DNA of 64,000 bases. Source: Paraspadella gotoi (taxonomy: Eukaryota; Animalia; Chaetognatha). Of the stretch, positions 1-13,794 are shown piece after piece. The stretch is from positions 24,292,411 through 24,356,410 of the forward strand of contig CM119266.1 in NCBI GenBank assembly GCA_051294375.1. The letters are read 5' to 3'. Within the stretch, counting starts at the first letter, position 1. Every line of letters starts with the position of its first letter. The position numbers and the translations under genes were made by a program. Under the pieces are notes generated by a model, which worked only from the letters and a program-made list of their open reading frames with translations, was not told the DNA's origin and ran no database searches.

Positions 1-402
1 AAGCGAATAACAAAGAAAGAAAGATAAAAACCGTTTCTTTTACCTTTAATTGAAAAAAAAAATAAACAAATGAAAAGAAAAACAAACCTTACACCGAGAG
101 AAACTGACTGGGAAAACTCGATTCAAATCCTTTGACCTTCAAGTCTCCTCTCCCTCCTTTCCCATCTTCCTCCCCACCACTTCCCCACTCCCTGCTCCAG
201 CTCACTAACCCCTTCTCCCACCCGGGGGAGCTTTCTTTATTTTACAAGGTTGGAACCTCGTTTGTGTTTAACTCTTCGCTTCGCTCCCTTTCACGACTTC
301 GCCGAGTCACGATTCTTTGGCTTTTGTTGTCTTTTTATTTCTTGTCTCATTCATTTATGTTCGTCATAAAATTGATGGCGGCCCCCGCCTCGCCCAGGCC
401 TC

Positions 403-403
<1 letters not shown>

Positions 404-499
<96 letters not shown>
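404..499. repeat. (CT)n microsatellite; one of dozens of CT/GA tracts (e.g. 7445-7520, 12421-12515, 34204-34293, 41207-41310, 47560-47650, 52219-52337, 53801-54015)
   Basis: Seen directly. Confidence 0.98.
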
Positions 500-501
<2 letters not shown>

Positions 502-2628
502 CGGGTATCTTTTACTGCTCCGCCCAGGGTTTAAAGACTGATCCTCCGATGGTAGCGCTGTGCCAAATGGTTTTTATCGGGTTTAGCATCGAATTTATCG
601 GTTTTACCGTTTTTCTCTTCGTTCTCGAAAACGCGCCGTGTCTCGCTTCGCCCTTACCTTTTCTCCACGTTTTTACATCTGGGTTTTAGTTGGGCATTTT
701 TAGGAATTAAAAGTGTTACTGTTGGAGGGTAATATTTTCTTTTTTTACCCAGAAATCTAAAAAAGTTTTATATATACTGCAAAATCGCGTATTAATAAAC
801 TCTGGTTTTCTAAGCTATTTACCCGTGTTTGGCTTTTCTTGGAATGCACATTGCATTCGGAGTACTCGGAGCAAACCTTTAAGTAACTTTTCGGTCCAGT
901 CGGTGCGTCTGTTGTCCTTTTTAAATGCTCTGGTATTTTGATTATTTTTATAGTAATAAGTGGTAGTAAGGTAGTAACACTATGCGATGCATTACTGTTG
1001 TTGCACTTTTGTTTCCTATTTGTGCAGTCACGTAATCATCAGGGAATGACTGCACATTCTACAAAAGACGCCGTCGAACTTGTTAAATAAGTATTGAGAA
1101 ACCGAGAATAAAATTTTTAAGCGTCCACTAAGAAAGCAATAAAAAAAACTGCGCGCCCTCTTACGGCGAACCACTTTGCGTGCGTCGAGGCGCTGACTTG
1201 GTCCCGTCTCGCGAATCGGACTGAAATCAAAGGCGACCCCGCAGAGAAGTCGCTCGTCCTTCCTCGATTCGGACATTCGCTACCGATGACAATTATCCTC
1301 CGCGTCAAAATTTAGACCGGCCGCCCCCTCTACGGCCACCGCCGACGCAGCCACCGCTGCATCCGCCGCCGCCGCCGCAGCCCCGACGAACGCCGACCGC
1401 CTCCGTCCCCGCGGCGGCTTGACTTTGATCCGAGCGAAGTTTTGATTGGAAAATTGGGAATCGCCGAGAATCCATCGATCATCCGAGAGAGAGAGAGACG
1501 AGAGAGAGAGATGAAGAGAGAGAGAGAGGAGAGAGAGGAGAGAGGGGAAGAGAGAGAGAGAGACGGACTTATGAATAAATTAGTAACGCGCGAAAGTCAA
1601 TGAATTAATGAGGGAGGCGCCAGTGAATGTTCGAATCATGATAGTTTAAATTTCTAAAAGAAAGAAATATTGTTAAACTAAAAGTACGTCAGTCAATACT
1701 AAGAATATCCGACGAGACACTTGATTATACTACTTCCTCAGCGTTGACAATCAATGAAATAGATAATCAATTCGGCGAAAACGAAATGAATACCGGTCAT
1801 GGATGGAACAGAAAAAAGAAACAAACTATAAATCAGGAATGAAAAAGGAATGGCCTCGCGCTTCCGGCCCTAAAAGAATCGACGAGCTGCCCTCAAAATA
1901 TCGTTAAAAACGATTCAAGGTTGTGCACCTGTTTAAAGTGTATCTCGGATATCAATAAAAAACTGATTATGACTTCCACTGACATTGTTTTTAGTTTTTA
2001 AATTAATAGATCTGAAAAAGGATATAAATGATGAGATAAAATTTTCTAGTAAGAATCAATTAATAATGATCGAAAAAGAAAATATAATTAGTTTCATGAC
2101 TAAATAAACAAAACTCATAAAGAATTAATAAGGAAATAAAATACGAAGGCGGTCATAAGGCAATAATAATTGACGAAGCGTCGAAGCGATGACTCACGCT
2201 TCTGACGCTCTCTGCTCTCGTTCTCTCTGCTCCTTCATCTCTCTCTCTCGTCTCTCTCTCTCTCTCTCTCTCCTCTCTCTCTTTGCTCATCTCTCCTCTT
2301 CTCCACAGCACGCCGCCGACACGCCCACATGGTCCCCGCAACGCTGCAAGGGCCGGCAATAAAAATTCAGGCATCAATAAAATCGATAAAAGGTTTTATC
2401 TGTTGCACTGGTCAGTGCTTCAAATCGAACCTTTGACAGGGATTAGACGTAACGGGCGTACGGACTGTCCTTCTGCTCTCTCTCATCGATCTCTCTCCGG
2501 TCTCCAGTCTCATCTTCCTCATCTCTCTCTCTCGCTCTCTCATCTCTCTGAAAGTTATTCGGTTTTTGGTTTGAAGTAAGTTATTTTCAAAAGAATCTTG
2601 ATGTATTTGTAGACATCGTAATTTAAGC

Positions 2629-3287
2629 TGTAGACTTTACTTAAAAGGACTGTATAGGCCGCATTAGGCGTGCCCAACGGCCGATCTGTTTTATATATTT
2701 CAATACAGTTGTCTCTCTCTCTCTGCTCTTCTTCTCTCGTCTATCCTCCGTCTCTCCTCTTCTCTCTCTTCTCTCTCCTCCTCTCTCTCTCGTCTCGTCT
2801 TCGTCTCCTCTTCTCTCTTCCTTCCTTTTTATCTTTCTGTCTACATTGTTCTGTATCACATTTAGGTCTAAGCTATTTCTGTTTCAGTTTTCCCAACAAT
2901 ATAATTATTCTGTTTTCTCGTCCCTTACGCCGGTATGGTGCGCTGGGCCGCTTGACCTGCCCCTTCCCTCTTTCCCCCTCTTTGGTCACCTATCTCTTCC
3001 TTCCCTATCGGCAACTTCAAAGAGGGATCAAAAGAAGGCGAGCCGACCGTCGTTTTGACTAATGTGTGGTCAGGGCCCATGCCCATGGTGATTGGGTCGG
3101 TGCCGAGAACTCGGATCAATTGAAAACCCTAACAGGGAATCATATGGCCCCTGAATGGTCCTCCTCGAGGTCATCGTTGATTGTCTAGACAATCGGCTAA
3201 TAAGCCTAGACATCTGATTCGATATCTTTGCCGCCCGACGGTCTAACTGAAGAAGTTTAGAAGTCGGTAAGTTTGATTAATATTAGA
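2629..3287. mobile_element. Redundant, error-prone copy of the solo-LTR-like element at 5650-6194
   Basis: Same sequence with indels, inside the duplicated block 1560-4497. Confidence 0.45.
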
Positions 3288-3866
3288 TTTAACATGTATG
3301 TTTTGAAAAATTTCCGAAGTCGTATGAAAGGAAAAAAATAGGAATTAAGTTATTCAAAAGATATGTACAACAGGAAGAAAAAAATTATTAAAAATAAATA
3401 ATACATAAATACTAAGATATAATATAATTATAGAGCATTTAGAAATACTAGATTTTAAAAAATTTGAAGCAGAAAATAAAAAAAGTTAAAATTTTTTTTT
3501 GACAGCTAAAAGAGAAAGAGAGAAAGAAAAGAGTTGTAACAAATGATTCTTCTCCACTTTAAAAGGCTCTGAGGGATTCAGACCGTAAACAGACCGAGAT
3601 GGTAGGGAACAGCAGCGGATGTCCGGAGCGGGGGTGAGGTTAGCGGTTCCAGGTCCGTCACGAGACAGCGATCGACGCTCACCCCGCTTCGTTCGCGTTC
3701 TAGGACGTCATCGTCGTCGGGTATAGTCGTCGTCAAATCCTCGTCGTGTGGTTTGTTGATCCGTCGACGGCCAAAGATGACCACCCTTAAATTAAAACCG
3801 TGAGAGCCAGTGAAGATCAGTGAGAGAAGAGAGAGAGAGTGAGAGAGAGAAAGAGAGAGACGAGGA

Positions 3867-3913
<47 letters not shown>

Positions 3914-5148
3914 CAGACGGTACAACCGCAATCGGTACAAAACGGTCGGTATTCGATCTCGTTTGCATACAACTGTGCCCGGCTCCATATTGATTCCGAA
4001 AGGCGAGAACGACCCCGCGATTTAAAAAAGTGGGAAGAGGAGGCAGCGGAAAAGAAAGGGCGCCGGCGGAGGCGGAGGTGGCTGCAGTGCGGAATAAGCT
4101 AAGGGTGGGGGTGGTAGCGCAAGGGGGGGCTGTTTTGGAGACCAAGACAACGTCCGCGGAAGGATTCGTCAATCGTTAATTAGTCAAACTTGTCAGGGCA
4201 CATTTGGAAAAAGTTGTCCGGAGAAGAAACTTGCGAACGGCGACCTGGCGTCCTCTCTCTTCTCGTCTCTCCCGTCATCGTCTTCTCTCTCTCTCCTCAA
4301 CGCAAAGGCTCATTTGAGTCGTTACGGGGGTGTAGGGGGCGTTTTTATTTTATACTATGGGTGTACCTGAACTTCCATTCAGCTCAAGTTTCGGCGGCTG
4401 GTCGACTTCTAGAGTTTTTTTTTCAGTTCGTGACTTAGAAAAAGAAAAAGAGTGACGACGACGAACGGATAACGACGACGACAACGACTTATAATGANNN
4501 NNNNNNNNNNNNNNNNNNNNNNAGAGAGAGAGAGAGAGACGACTTATGAATAAATTAGTAACGCGCGAAGTCAATGAATTATAGGAGGCGCCAGTGAATG
4601 TTCGAATCATCGAATAGTTAAATTTCTAAAAGAAGAGAATATTTTTAAACTAAAAGTACGTCAGTCAATACTAAGAATATCCGAGAGCAACTTGATTTAT
4701 ACTACTTTCACGCGTTGACAATCAATGAAATAGATAAATCAATTCGAAAACGAATGAATCACCGGGTCATGGATGAACAGAAAAAAGAAACAAACTATAA
4801 ATCAGGAATGAAAAAAGGATGGACTCCGCTTCGGCCCTAAAGATCGACGCTGCCTCAAAATATCGTAAAAACGTTCAAGTTGTGCACCTGTTTAAAGTGT
4901 ATCTCTATCATAAAAAACTGATTATGACTTCACTGACATTGTTTTTAGTTTTAAATTCATAGATCTGAAAAAGGATAAATGATAGATAAAACTTTTCTAG
5001 TAAGAAATCAATTAATAAATCAAAAAGAAAATAAATATATTCATGACTAAATAAACAAAACCATAAATGAATTAATAAGGAAATAAAAATACGAACGGTC
5101 ATAAAGGCATAAAATTGACGACGTCAAGCGAGACTCACCTTCTGACCG

Positions 5149-5179
<31 letters not shown>

Positions 5180-5527
5180 NNNNNNNNNNNNNNNNNNNNN
5201 NNNNNNNNNNNNNNNNNNNNNNNNNNNNNNNNNNNNNNNNNNNNNNNNNNNNNNNNNNNNNNNNNNNNNNNNNNNNNNNNNNNNNNNNNNNNNNNNNNNN
5301 NNNNNNNNNNNNNNNNNNNNNNNNTCGCTCTATCTCTTCCACACACCCCCAACCCACGACCCCACACCCCCACCGCGAAGGGCCGCAATAAAAATTCCAG
5401 GCATCAATAAAATCGATAAAAGGTTTTACTGTTCACGGTCAGTGCTTCAAATCGACCGACAGGATAGACGTACGGGCGTACGGACGGTCCTTCTGCTCTC
5501 TCTCTCTACTCTCTCTCCTCTCTCGTC

Positions 5528-5560
<33 letters not shown>

Positions 5561-5649
5561 GCTCTCTCTCTCTCTGAAAGTTATCTTTTTTTGTTTTGAA
5601 AAGTTATTTTCAAGAATCTTGAATTGTATTTTAGACATCGTAATTTAAC

Positions 5650-6194
5650 TGTAACTTTACTTAAAAGGCTGTATAGGCCGCATTAGGCTTGCCCAAGGCC
5701 GATTCTGTTGTATATATTCAATACATTTCTCTCTCTCTCTTCTCTCTCTATCTCTCGTCTCTTCTCTCTCTCTCTCTCTTCCTCTTTTTATCTTTCTGTC
5801 TACATCTGTCTTTCACATTTCAGGCTCTAGCTATTTCTGTTTCAGTTTCCAACAATATATTATTCTGTTTTCTCTCCCTTACGCTATGGTGCGCTGGGGC
5901 TGACTCTCTTTCTCTCTTTGTCTACTCTCTCTCCCTATCGGCAACTTCAAAGAGGGATCAAAGGCGAGCCGCCGTCGTGACTATGTGTGGTCAGGGCCCA
6001 TGCCCATTGATTGGGTCGGTGCCGAGGAATCGATCCAATTGAACCCTAACAGGGATCATATTGGCCCCTGAATGGTCTCCTCATTGTCTCGTTGATTGTC
6101 TAGACAATCGAGCTAAATAAGCCCGACTCTGATTGATCTTTGCCGCCCGACGGTCTACTGAGAAAGTTTGAATCGGGTAAGTTTTAATATTACA
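5650..6194. mobile_element. Solo-LTR-like element
   Basis: TGTAAC...ATTACA termini flanked by the 6-bp direct repeat TTTAAC (5644-5649 and 6195-6200). Interior is GC-richer than the flanks. Confidence 0.5.
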
Positions 6195-6718
6195 TTTAAC
6201 ATGTATGTTTTAAAATTTCCGAAGTCGTATGAAGGAAAAAATAGGATTAGGTATTCAAAAGATATTCAACAGGAAGAAAAAATTTAAAATAAATATACAT
6301 AAATATAGATTAATATAATAAACATTAGAAATAAACATAGATTTTAAAAATTGAACAGAAAATAAAAAGTTAAAATTTTTTTTGACAGCTAAAAGAGAAA
6401 GAGAAAGAGAAAAAGAGTTGTAACAAATATTCTTCCCACCTTTAAAGCTCTGAGGAAATATCAGAACAACAAGTACAGACGAGATGGTAGGGACAGCAGC
6501 GGATGTCGAGCGGCGGTGAGGTTCACGGTTCACAGTCCGTCACCCGGAACAGCGATCGACGCTCACCCGCTTCGTCCGTCTAGACGTCATTCGTCGTCGT
6601 AGATCGTCGTCATCCTCGTCGTCGTGGTTGTGATCCCGTCGAGGCTCAAGATGACCACCCTAAAACCCTGAGAGCCAGTGAAAGATATCAGTAGAGAGAG
6701 AGAGAGAGAGAGAGAGGA

Positions 6719-6779
<61 letters not shown>

Positions 6780-7444
6780 GAGGGAGAGAGAGAGACGGTA
6801 CAACGCGCCATCGTACAACGGTCGGTATTCATCTCGTTTGCATACAACTGTGCCCGCTTCCAGTAATTGATTCCGAAAGCGAGAACGACGCGCGCGGATT
6901 TTAAAAAGGGGGGAAGAGGAGGCAGCGAAAAAAGCGGGGGAGGCGGAGGTGGCTGCAGTCGCGAATAAGCTAAGTTGGGGGTGGTAGGGAAGGGGGGGCT
7001 GTTTTGGAGACTCAAGACAACGTCCGCGGAAAGGATCGTCAATCGTTATTATGAAACTTGTCAGGGCACATTGGAAAATTGTCGAGAAGAAACTTGCGAC
7101 GCTGCGTCTCTCTCTCTCTCTCTCCTCTCGCTCTCTCTCTTCTATCTCGCTCAAACGCAAAGGGCTCATTGGAGTCGTTAGGCTCTTTGTTTTATGGGTT
7201 TACTGAACTTCCATTCAGCTCAGTTTTCGCGCTGTCGACTTCTGAGTTTTTTCAGTTTCAGTGACTTAAAGAAAGAGAAGACTGACGACGACGAAACGGA
7301 AAACGACGACAACGACTATATGATCCAGCGTTTTCTCTCTTCGAAGCCTATTATACCCTCCGAAGTCAACAAAAGATTGTTTAACGAGTGCTTTTTTTTC
7401 TTTGACTTTTTTAAGCTTTCTCGCTCTCTCTCTCTCTCTACGTC

Positions 7445-7525
<81 letters not shown>

Positions 7526-8737
7526 CTCCGGTGCGGTTGCTGCCATCAGAGTGCAAGTGCACTTCCTTTCCTTTCTCCTGACTCGAAAATATCGAAACGC
7601 TCCTCATTTCTTCAGTTCATTCTCGCTCGGTTCTTTCTCTTTGTCTCGACATCTGAGCACATCTCACGACGAGGAAAGAGAGAGAGAGAGATAGGAAATC
7701 GAGAGAGAAGAGGGAGATTAGAGAGAGTATGAGAGAGAGAATTGAAGCGAGGATGTGGGGAGAGAGAGATGGAGAGAAGAGGGAAGAGAGATGAGAGAGA
7801 ATGAGAGAGAGAGAGGAGGAGGGCTCCAGTTTATGTTTCTCTTTCATTCGGTTTTCGTTTCATTTCTGCATATATATGCAGATAAACTGAGTGGGGATTT
7901 TGATATTTGACGATAGTTTCCACGAAATATGATTGATGTGAAATGTTGTCATTTCAGATTTTATTCTCTCGTCAATCTTCTTTTTTAATCTATCTGTTTT
8001 ATATTCACACTATCACTATAAAAGTTTAACAATGAATGTTGTTTTAGTTTTACTGACGGGAAGATCAGATGAACTTAATTAAAAGTCTTCTCTTATAATA
8101 CAAAAAAATAATTTTAATGACATACAATGCAAAGATGAGCGCAAAAACTATTTTTAGAGGTTCATGCAAAGAAAATAATGAAATATTATGCGACGTCTAG
8201 TTAATATACATACACATATATATATACAGTAAAAAAATTTTATTGGTTAAATTGGTTGTAAAATTAAAAAAAATGATATTTTGATATGAAATGTACTGTA
8301 ATGAAAAAATATGTAATTGATCAGTTGATGCATTCTTTTAAACGTTAAGGGAAAGCTTACTGGTATATAAGGGAATGAAATATCATTTTATCAAATCTTT
8401 CCCTCCGAGCTCGTGAATACAGCATTGTTCCCCCCCCCCTGGCCCCGGTGAATTCTCGCAGAAAGACTAGAAATCAACAACAACGACAACAACGACGGAG
8501 TCCTCATCTCCAGCGACTCAGTTTCGTGACTTTGACGAGGTCGTTGTTGTCGTTGTCATCCTCGACGGCAAAAACACAGAATCACACACAAAGACTCGCC
8601 AACACACACAAAAAGAAGGAAAAAAAATTTCATTTTCGCAAATCTAGTTTCATTTCCATGAATGTCGTTACGTCTCGCTTAATGAGAAAATCTTGAAAAG
8701 CAAAATCCTTTCATATTCGAGTTTACGAGGCTCCCAG

Positions 8738-8819
<82 letters not shown>

Positions 8820-9052
8820 TTGAAAAAAGGCGGGCCCCGCAGCAAATCCTCCGCGTTAGAGAGAGAGAGAGTCTCACACAAAGTCTCTTTCTTTTCTTTC
8901 TTCTTCATCTTCTCCTTCTGAAAAGACTCGAATCGCCGACGCTTAGATTCTTTTTGTTTTTTACGTAACTTGAAATTTTTCGAAAGAGAGAAAAGAGAAA
9001 ATAGAGACGGAGACGAATTTTTAAAAAAACCGTCCTAGATTTTTTTTTCAAG

Positions 9053-11549
9053 ATGGCGTCGGACGTGAATGGCGCCGGAAGTGACGCCTCGGGCGGGGAA
9101 GGGGAGGAGGAGACGGAGCTCGTCGAAGTCACTTCGGAAATGCTGTTTAAGGTTTGCTGGGGATGTTGTGGCGGATTGCAGATCTCCTCTGATGTTGAGG
9201 CTGTTCGAGTAAGGAGAGACTGTCTCGTTGCTAATGAAGGCAAAGCTCGAGGATGAGGGATGAAAATTGATTCTATTCACAATTTCGATCATTTAAGATC
9301 ACCCTAATTCTCACAATTTACTGAAATCTGATAGGTCATATTTTTATTTACATAAATTCCTCACCCTTCCACCTTCCATTACCCGCCGCAACCCGCCTTT
9401 TCCGAACGACCCTTCAACAGCAAGGCATCCTGGACCGAGTATTGGCGACCATCATGGCGGAAGAGGCTGCGGCTAGAGAGGCGGAGGAAGCGGCTCGGAG
9501 AGAAGCGGAGGCGGCGGCGGCTGCGGCCGCTGCGGCTCTCGCGGCCACCGACGCCGCACTCGCCGGTTCTCCCCTTCCGGCTCCGCCGCCCGCGACTCCA
9601 GCGCCCGTTCCCGTCGCGGAGGAAGAGGAGCCGGAGATCGATCCGGAGAGGATCGAGGCGGCGGCGGACATCATCGACCTTCTCCTCGAAATCATCGACG
9701 GGTTCATCGACCTCAAGTTCGAGAAATACTTGGCGGGGGAAGTCATCCCCTGGACGGTGGAGCGCGTCGCCGAAAGGCTGAGAGAAGTGCTCGGCTTTGC
9801 GGCGAGTTCATTGTTGTTGTTGTTGATGGACGGTTGTTGTTGTTGTTATTGTTGTTGTTGGGGTTCAGAAAATATCAAATATAATATTCTTTGGTTTCAT
9901 CGTGTTTGCTTATTGATCACGGTGGTTTCGCTAACTTCTGTCCTTTTCGAGCATTAGGATTTTTTATTGAAATGATTTTTTCATTATTTAACTTATTCTT
10001 ATTTAAATATGAGAATACCGATGCTTAACATAAGTAGACAGTAGAACTTCGCAAAAGTTTTTCATTAATTTATATTTTTTATTTCCATAATTTCTTGATT
10101 ATCCGACTTCATCGCGGTCACCCAAACAGTTCGTGGCGGGCGACGAAGGGCTCGACCTCCGCACGGAGACCGTCTTTCTATGTGATGAAGACCCCGAGCG
10201 CATCGCCGAGTCCGAGCTCTTCGAAGAGATGATGGAGGAAAGACTCGTGGACGAATCCTGGACGGAAGACTGGGAGTGGGAGATCCCCGTAGCGCCCCTC
10301 GACTCGTGGGGCATCGGGGGCGTGCCCGTCAATTGGATCCTCAAACCGGGAGAGGCGGAAGAGGGAGAGGGAGAGGAGAATGGAGAGGGAGAGGCGGAGG
10401 GAGTCAAGGAGAAGAAGAAGAAGCGAAGGAGGAGGCGGAAGAGGATGCGTCGCGCCGCGGAGAGTCTCGACTCGTCACGGCGTCTCTCGCCTCCGTTCCG
10501 CGACGCCGCCACTTGCATAAGCGGCATCAATCTCATCTACCGACCGAATCCTCTCAAGCCGCGCCGGTTGCCATGGCTGGGCCTCAGCCGGTCGCCGCCT
10601 CGCCGGAATCGGAAGCCGGTGAAGCGCGGGCACGCCGAGGGACGCGGTGCCGGAGAGGAGGCGGTTTGCACGAGCGAGATCGTCTGTCCCGGCGCCATCT
10701 ATCGCCGGATGCCGCATTCGACGCAGTCGGCGCTGCGGTCGCACTATTTGTACCCACAGGCTTCGTGCGAGGCATGCGCGGGGAGGACGCCGCTGAGAAA
10801 CGAGGACGCTGAGGTCGGTGGACGTGTCCGATGGAAGATTAAAAAGAAAAAACAAATAATATCCAATGGGCCAAATGCCGTGAATTGAAAAAGATTTAAT
10901 AAATAAATAAATTAACAATACTCCAATTTTCCCTTCTTACAGGTTCTCCAAGGCGGCGCCATTTACTTCGACGACGCAAAAGTCGCGCCGGAGGATTTCG
11001 GCGCCCGATTCGTGGAAGTCGGCGCCAAACCTCAAGGCGCCAAGAAAAAGGAAGCGCCGCCGGCGAAGAAGGGAATGGAGGTCGCGGGGCCGAAGAAAGG
11101 CCAGGTTGGCGGGAAAGATTTGGAAGTTAACCGGAGAGGAAGTTGATTTGCGTCTCTCTAAAACATGATGCGTTTTTTTGGATTCAAATTAGTTCTTGAA
11201 ATATTATAACCTCCATAGCTCAAACAATCCTCAACTCCCCCGTGCCCCTCCATCTCCCCGCCACCCACCCATCCAACCTGGCCAGCCGAAGAAGAAGAAG
11301 GGCGCACTGCCGACTCGCGTCTCCTTCGCCGAAGGCACCGTCATCGACAATCCCAAAGACCCCTTGAATCCGTCGAGGCTGCTGCCCAACATTTTCCTCA
11401 ATCAAGGAGTCGTGCTGAAGGTGAACGATCGAATTGTCGTTTTTGTTTTCGTAATCGGTCAACTCGATCGAGTCTGCCACAAACCGATTCATGGACTGTC
11501 TCCCCTATTCGATCCTCTGGAACAGGCCGGTAACGCGGAAGTGCACGGC
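9053..11549 (+). CDS. C2orf81: Spliced gene, C2orf81/DUF4639-like protein (3' end lies in the N gap 11550-11783)
   Basis: Phase-0 exons: 9053-9151 (MASDVNG...MLFK|gtttgc), 9421-9801 (cag|QGILDRV...VLGFA|gcgagt), 10130-10813 (cag|FVAGDEG...DAE|gtcggt), 10943-11104 (cag|VLQGG...GQ|gttggc), probably 11286-11420 and 11526 onward. The joined peptide FEKYLAGEVIPWTVERV...VLGFAFVAGDEG...DESWTED...PLDSWGIGGVPV resembles the DUF4639 core as I recall it (YL..Q.IPFT...EWRFLARDEGE...W.EDEEP...DSWAQGSVPV). The last two exons are less certain. Confidence 0.7.
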
Positions 11550-12418
11550 NNNNNNNNNNNNNNNNNNNNNNNNNNNNNNNNNNNNNNNNNNNNNNNNNNN
11601 NNNNNNNNNNNNNNNNNNNNNNNNNNNNNNNNNNNNNNNNNNNNNNNNNNNNNNNNNNNNNNNNNNNNNNNNNNNNNNNNNNNNNNNNNNNNNNNNNNNN
11701 NNNNNNNNNNNNNNNNNNNNNNNNNNNNNNNNNNNNNNNNNNNNNNNNNNNNNNNNNNNNNNNNNNNNNNNNNNNNNNNNNNNNTTAAAAGGAAGGAGAA
11801 TGAGAGTAGAATTCCGAACATCTCCGTCGAATGGAGGCTACCGTACTTTTCTGGCGTCTGCAATGTTTTTACTATTTTCTAGCTGTGTACACTGTTCGCT
11901 GTTTCCATGAAAAAAAAAAGTGGTCACATTTTTTTTTCTTTCCTCTTTATTTTAAAAGCATCTCAGTGCGAATTGAATAAATTACGCGATCACTCAAATC
12001 AGAAAGTAAGTAATTGAGTAAAGGTATTAGAAATTATTAGGTTACAGGGTAACGTTTGTTGTCGCTCGTGGTTCCTGATGTTTGATGATGATAAACGACA
12101 GTTTTCTTAGTTTTGGTCCTCGTTTTCTAAAGTTACTGTTATTGTTACTGTTACTGTTACTGTTGCATCCACACTGTCAAGGATTTTGTAATCATTTCAT
12201 CGACGTTATTGGGAAAATATTGCGTCTTTTCCCTCGCTTCCGATTCCCCGTCTTCGTCGTCCTCTTCCTAGCCTGCGCCGTCACCGTCATCATCACCGCC
12301 GTCACCGTCTCCATCCCGCGACGTTAATGGATTGTAAAGTTTCCTCGTTACTCCGCCAATGACGCGTGAGGACGTCGTTGCCGAGAGGAAATGTTGCCAT
12401 GGAAACGACGCCATCTTG

Positions 12419-12518
<100 letters not shown>

Positions 12519-13214
12519 AAAAACATGTATTTACTACAGAGCTTAGCGCTGATGGTCGACCAAGGACCGATTGGTAAACAAGCAGCTGTTGTTGTTTTCT
12601 AATAATAAGTGTTTTGTTTAGTTTTTTAAGAAGATATTTCTCTGGAGTTTTGCCAACTGAACCCCCCGAGTAGAAACATTTGGAAACTTCTGTAGAAAAA
12701 AAAAGCCTCGTTAATAATTTTCCGCGAATAAAGTATTTCTTTTTATTTTGACATTTATTTTTTTTTTTTCATTACGAGAACTTCAATCTCATTATCAAAA
12801 GGAAAAATCGCGGACAATTTCGAAGATTGCGAATCGAGAGCGAGAATTTTACATATAAAATCCCTTTTCCCTTTTCCCATATAAAATCCCTTTTCGACTT
12901 CATGCATATTCAAAAAATTAAACGTTGGCGCAACTGTTTTAAAATAGTCGCAACGTTTATATCGCGAAGGCAAAGCTCAAATAATTTCTCACCATATTGC
13001 TATATGCAACGGTGCTGAATGGTTTTCTGTTATCAATAAAGCGAAATTGAAAATTAAAATAAAAATAACAATAAAAAGTGCCAAAACTTGATATTCCTCT
13101 CGTGGATATATGTTGCATCCACAATGTCATATTTGTTAGACGTGAGGTAAATTGCAAGATACAAAACGCGATCGAAAGAGAGAAGTGGGTTGTTTTACCT
13201 TTTGCGCGATTTCA

Positions 13215-13569
13215 CGCTGTGAAGTGAACCCTCTCGCGCTCAACACGCGCTTCACCTCTCGCGACTTCTTTCGTTACGCTTAATCGCGTCGCGAAGCTAA
13301 GCCGCCCCTCCTTCAAGACAGAGAATAAGCGCTCCAGTAAGACGCTGAGCCAGCTCTAACAATAATTAGACCTTTCGCTCCAGCCCCGTGCAACAAACCT
13401 GTCGCTCCTGCTTATCGCAAAACAGGCGCACCTGTTGGGATAAGTCTTGGACACCAAGAACCCGGCGGTTCAGCAATGAGGTAAACTCAATTACTCATCG
13501 CTCCAGCGAAAGGGCGTAGCAAGTGGAGTGGATATAAAGTCTTTCTTCAATACGGCTTACTTCACGGCG
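13215..13569 (+). other. Self-complementary ~355 bp element (solo LTR, MITE or structured RNA)
   Basis: Ends cgctgtgaagtga...ttacttcacggcg pair with G-U on the + strand. Internal hairpins tcgcgac/gtcgcga, cttatc..aacagg/cctgtt..gataag and cctttcgct/agcgaaagg. Flanked by atttca/gtttca. Second copy at ~25306-25699. Confidence 0.45.
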
Positions 13570-13761
13570 GTTTCACCTGATCTCACGTTAGCGTGCAAAA
13601 AGCGTGAGCCAAAACGAACTACAAATTTTGTTACATATATATTCTTCCATGTAGGAGTAGGCTTGAGAAGAAGTAGTTGTAAAATAATAACCCAATCTAT
13701 AAGCTGCGTTTTAAAACTCGCTTCTCTTATCTCTCTCTCTCTCTCTCTTCTCTTCTCTTCT

Positions 13762-13794
<33 letters not shown>

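Larger units (their letters stand above)
1560..7330 (+). repeat. ~2.9 kb block present twice (1560-4497 and 4523-7330) across a 25-N gap; probable assembly redundancy
   Basis: Both copies start with gacttatgaataaattagtaacgcgcg and end with gacgacaacgac(t)tat(a)atga. Differences are almost all 1-bp indels. Confidence 0.85.

Noticed and set aside
6042-6050. AACCCTAAC as a telomerase RNA template
   Set aside because: Only 9 nt, lies inside an LTR-like element, and no pseudoknot or H/ACA domain is evident.
1560-7330. 2.9-kb tandem duplication as a biological event
   Set aside because: The copies abut a 25-N gap and differ nearly only by 1-bp indels, as expected from overlapping long-read gap extensions.
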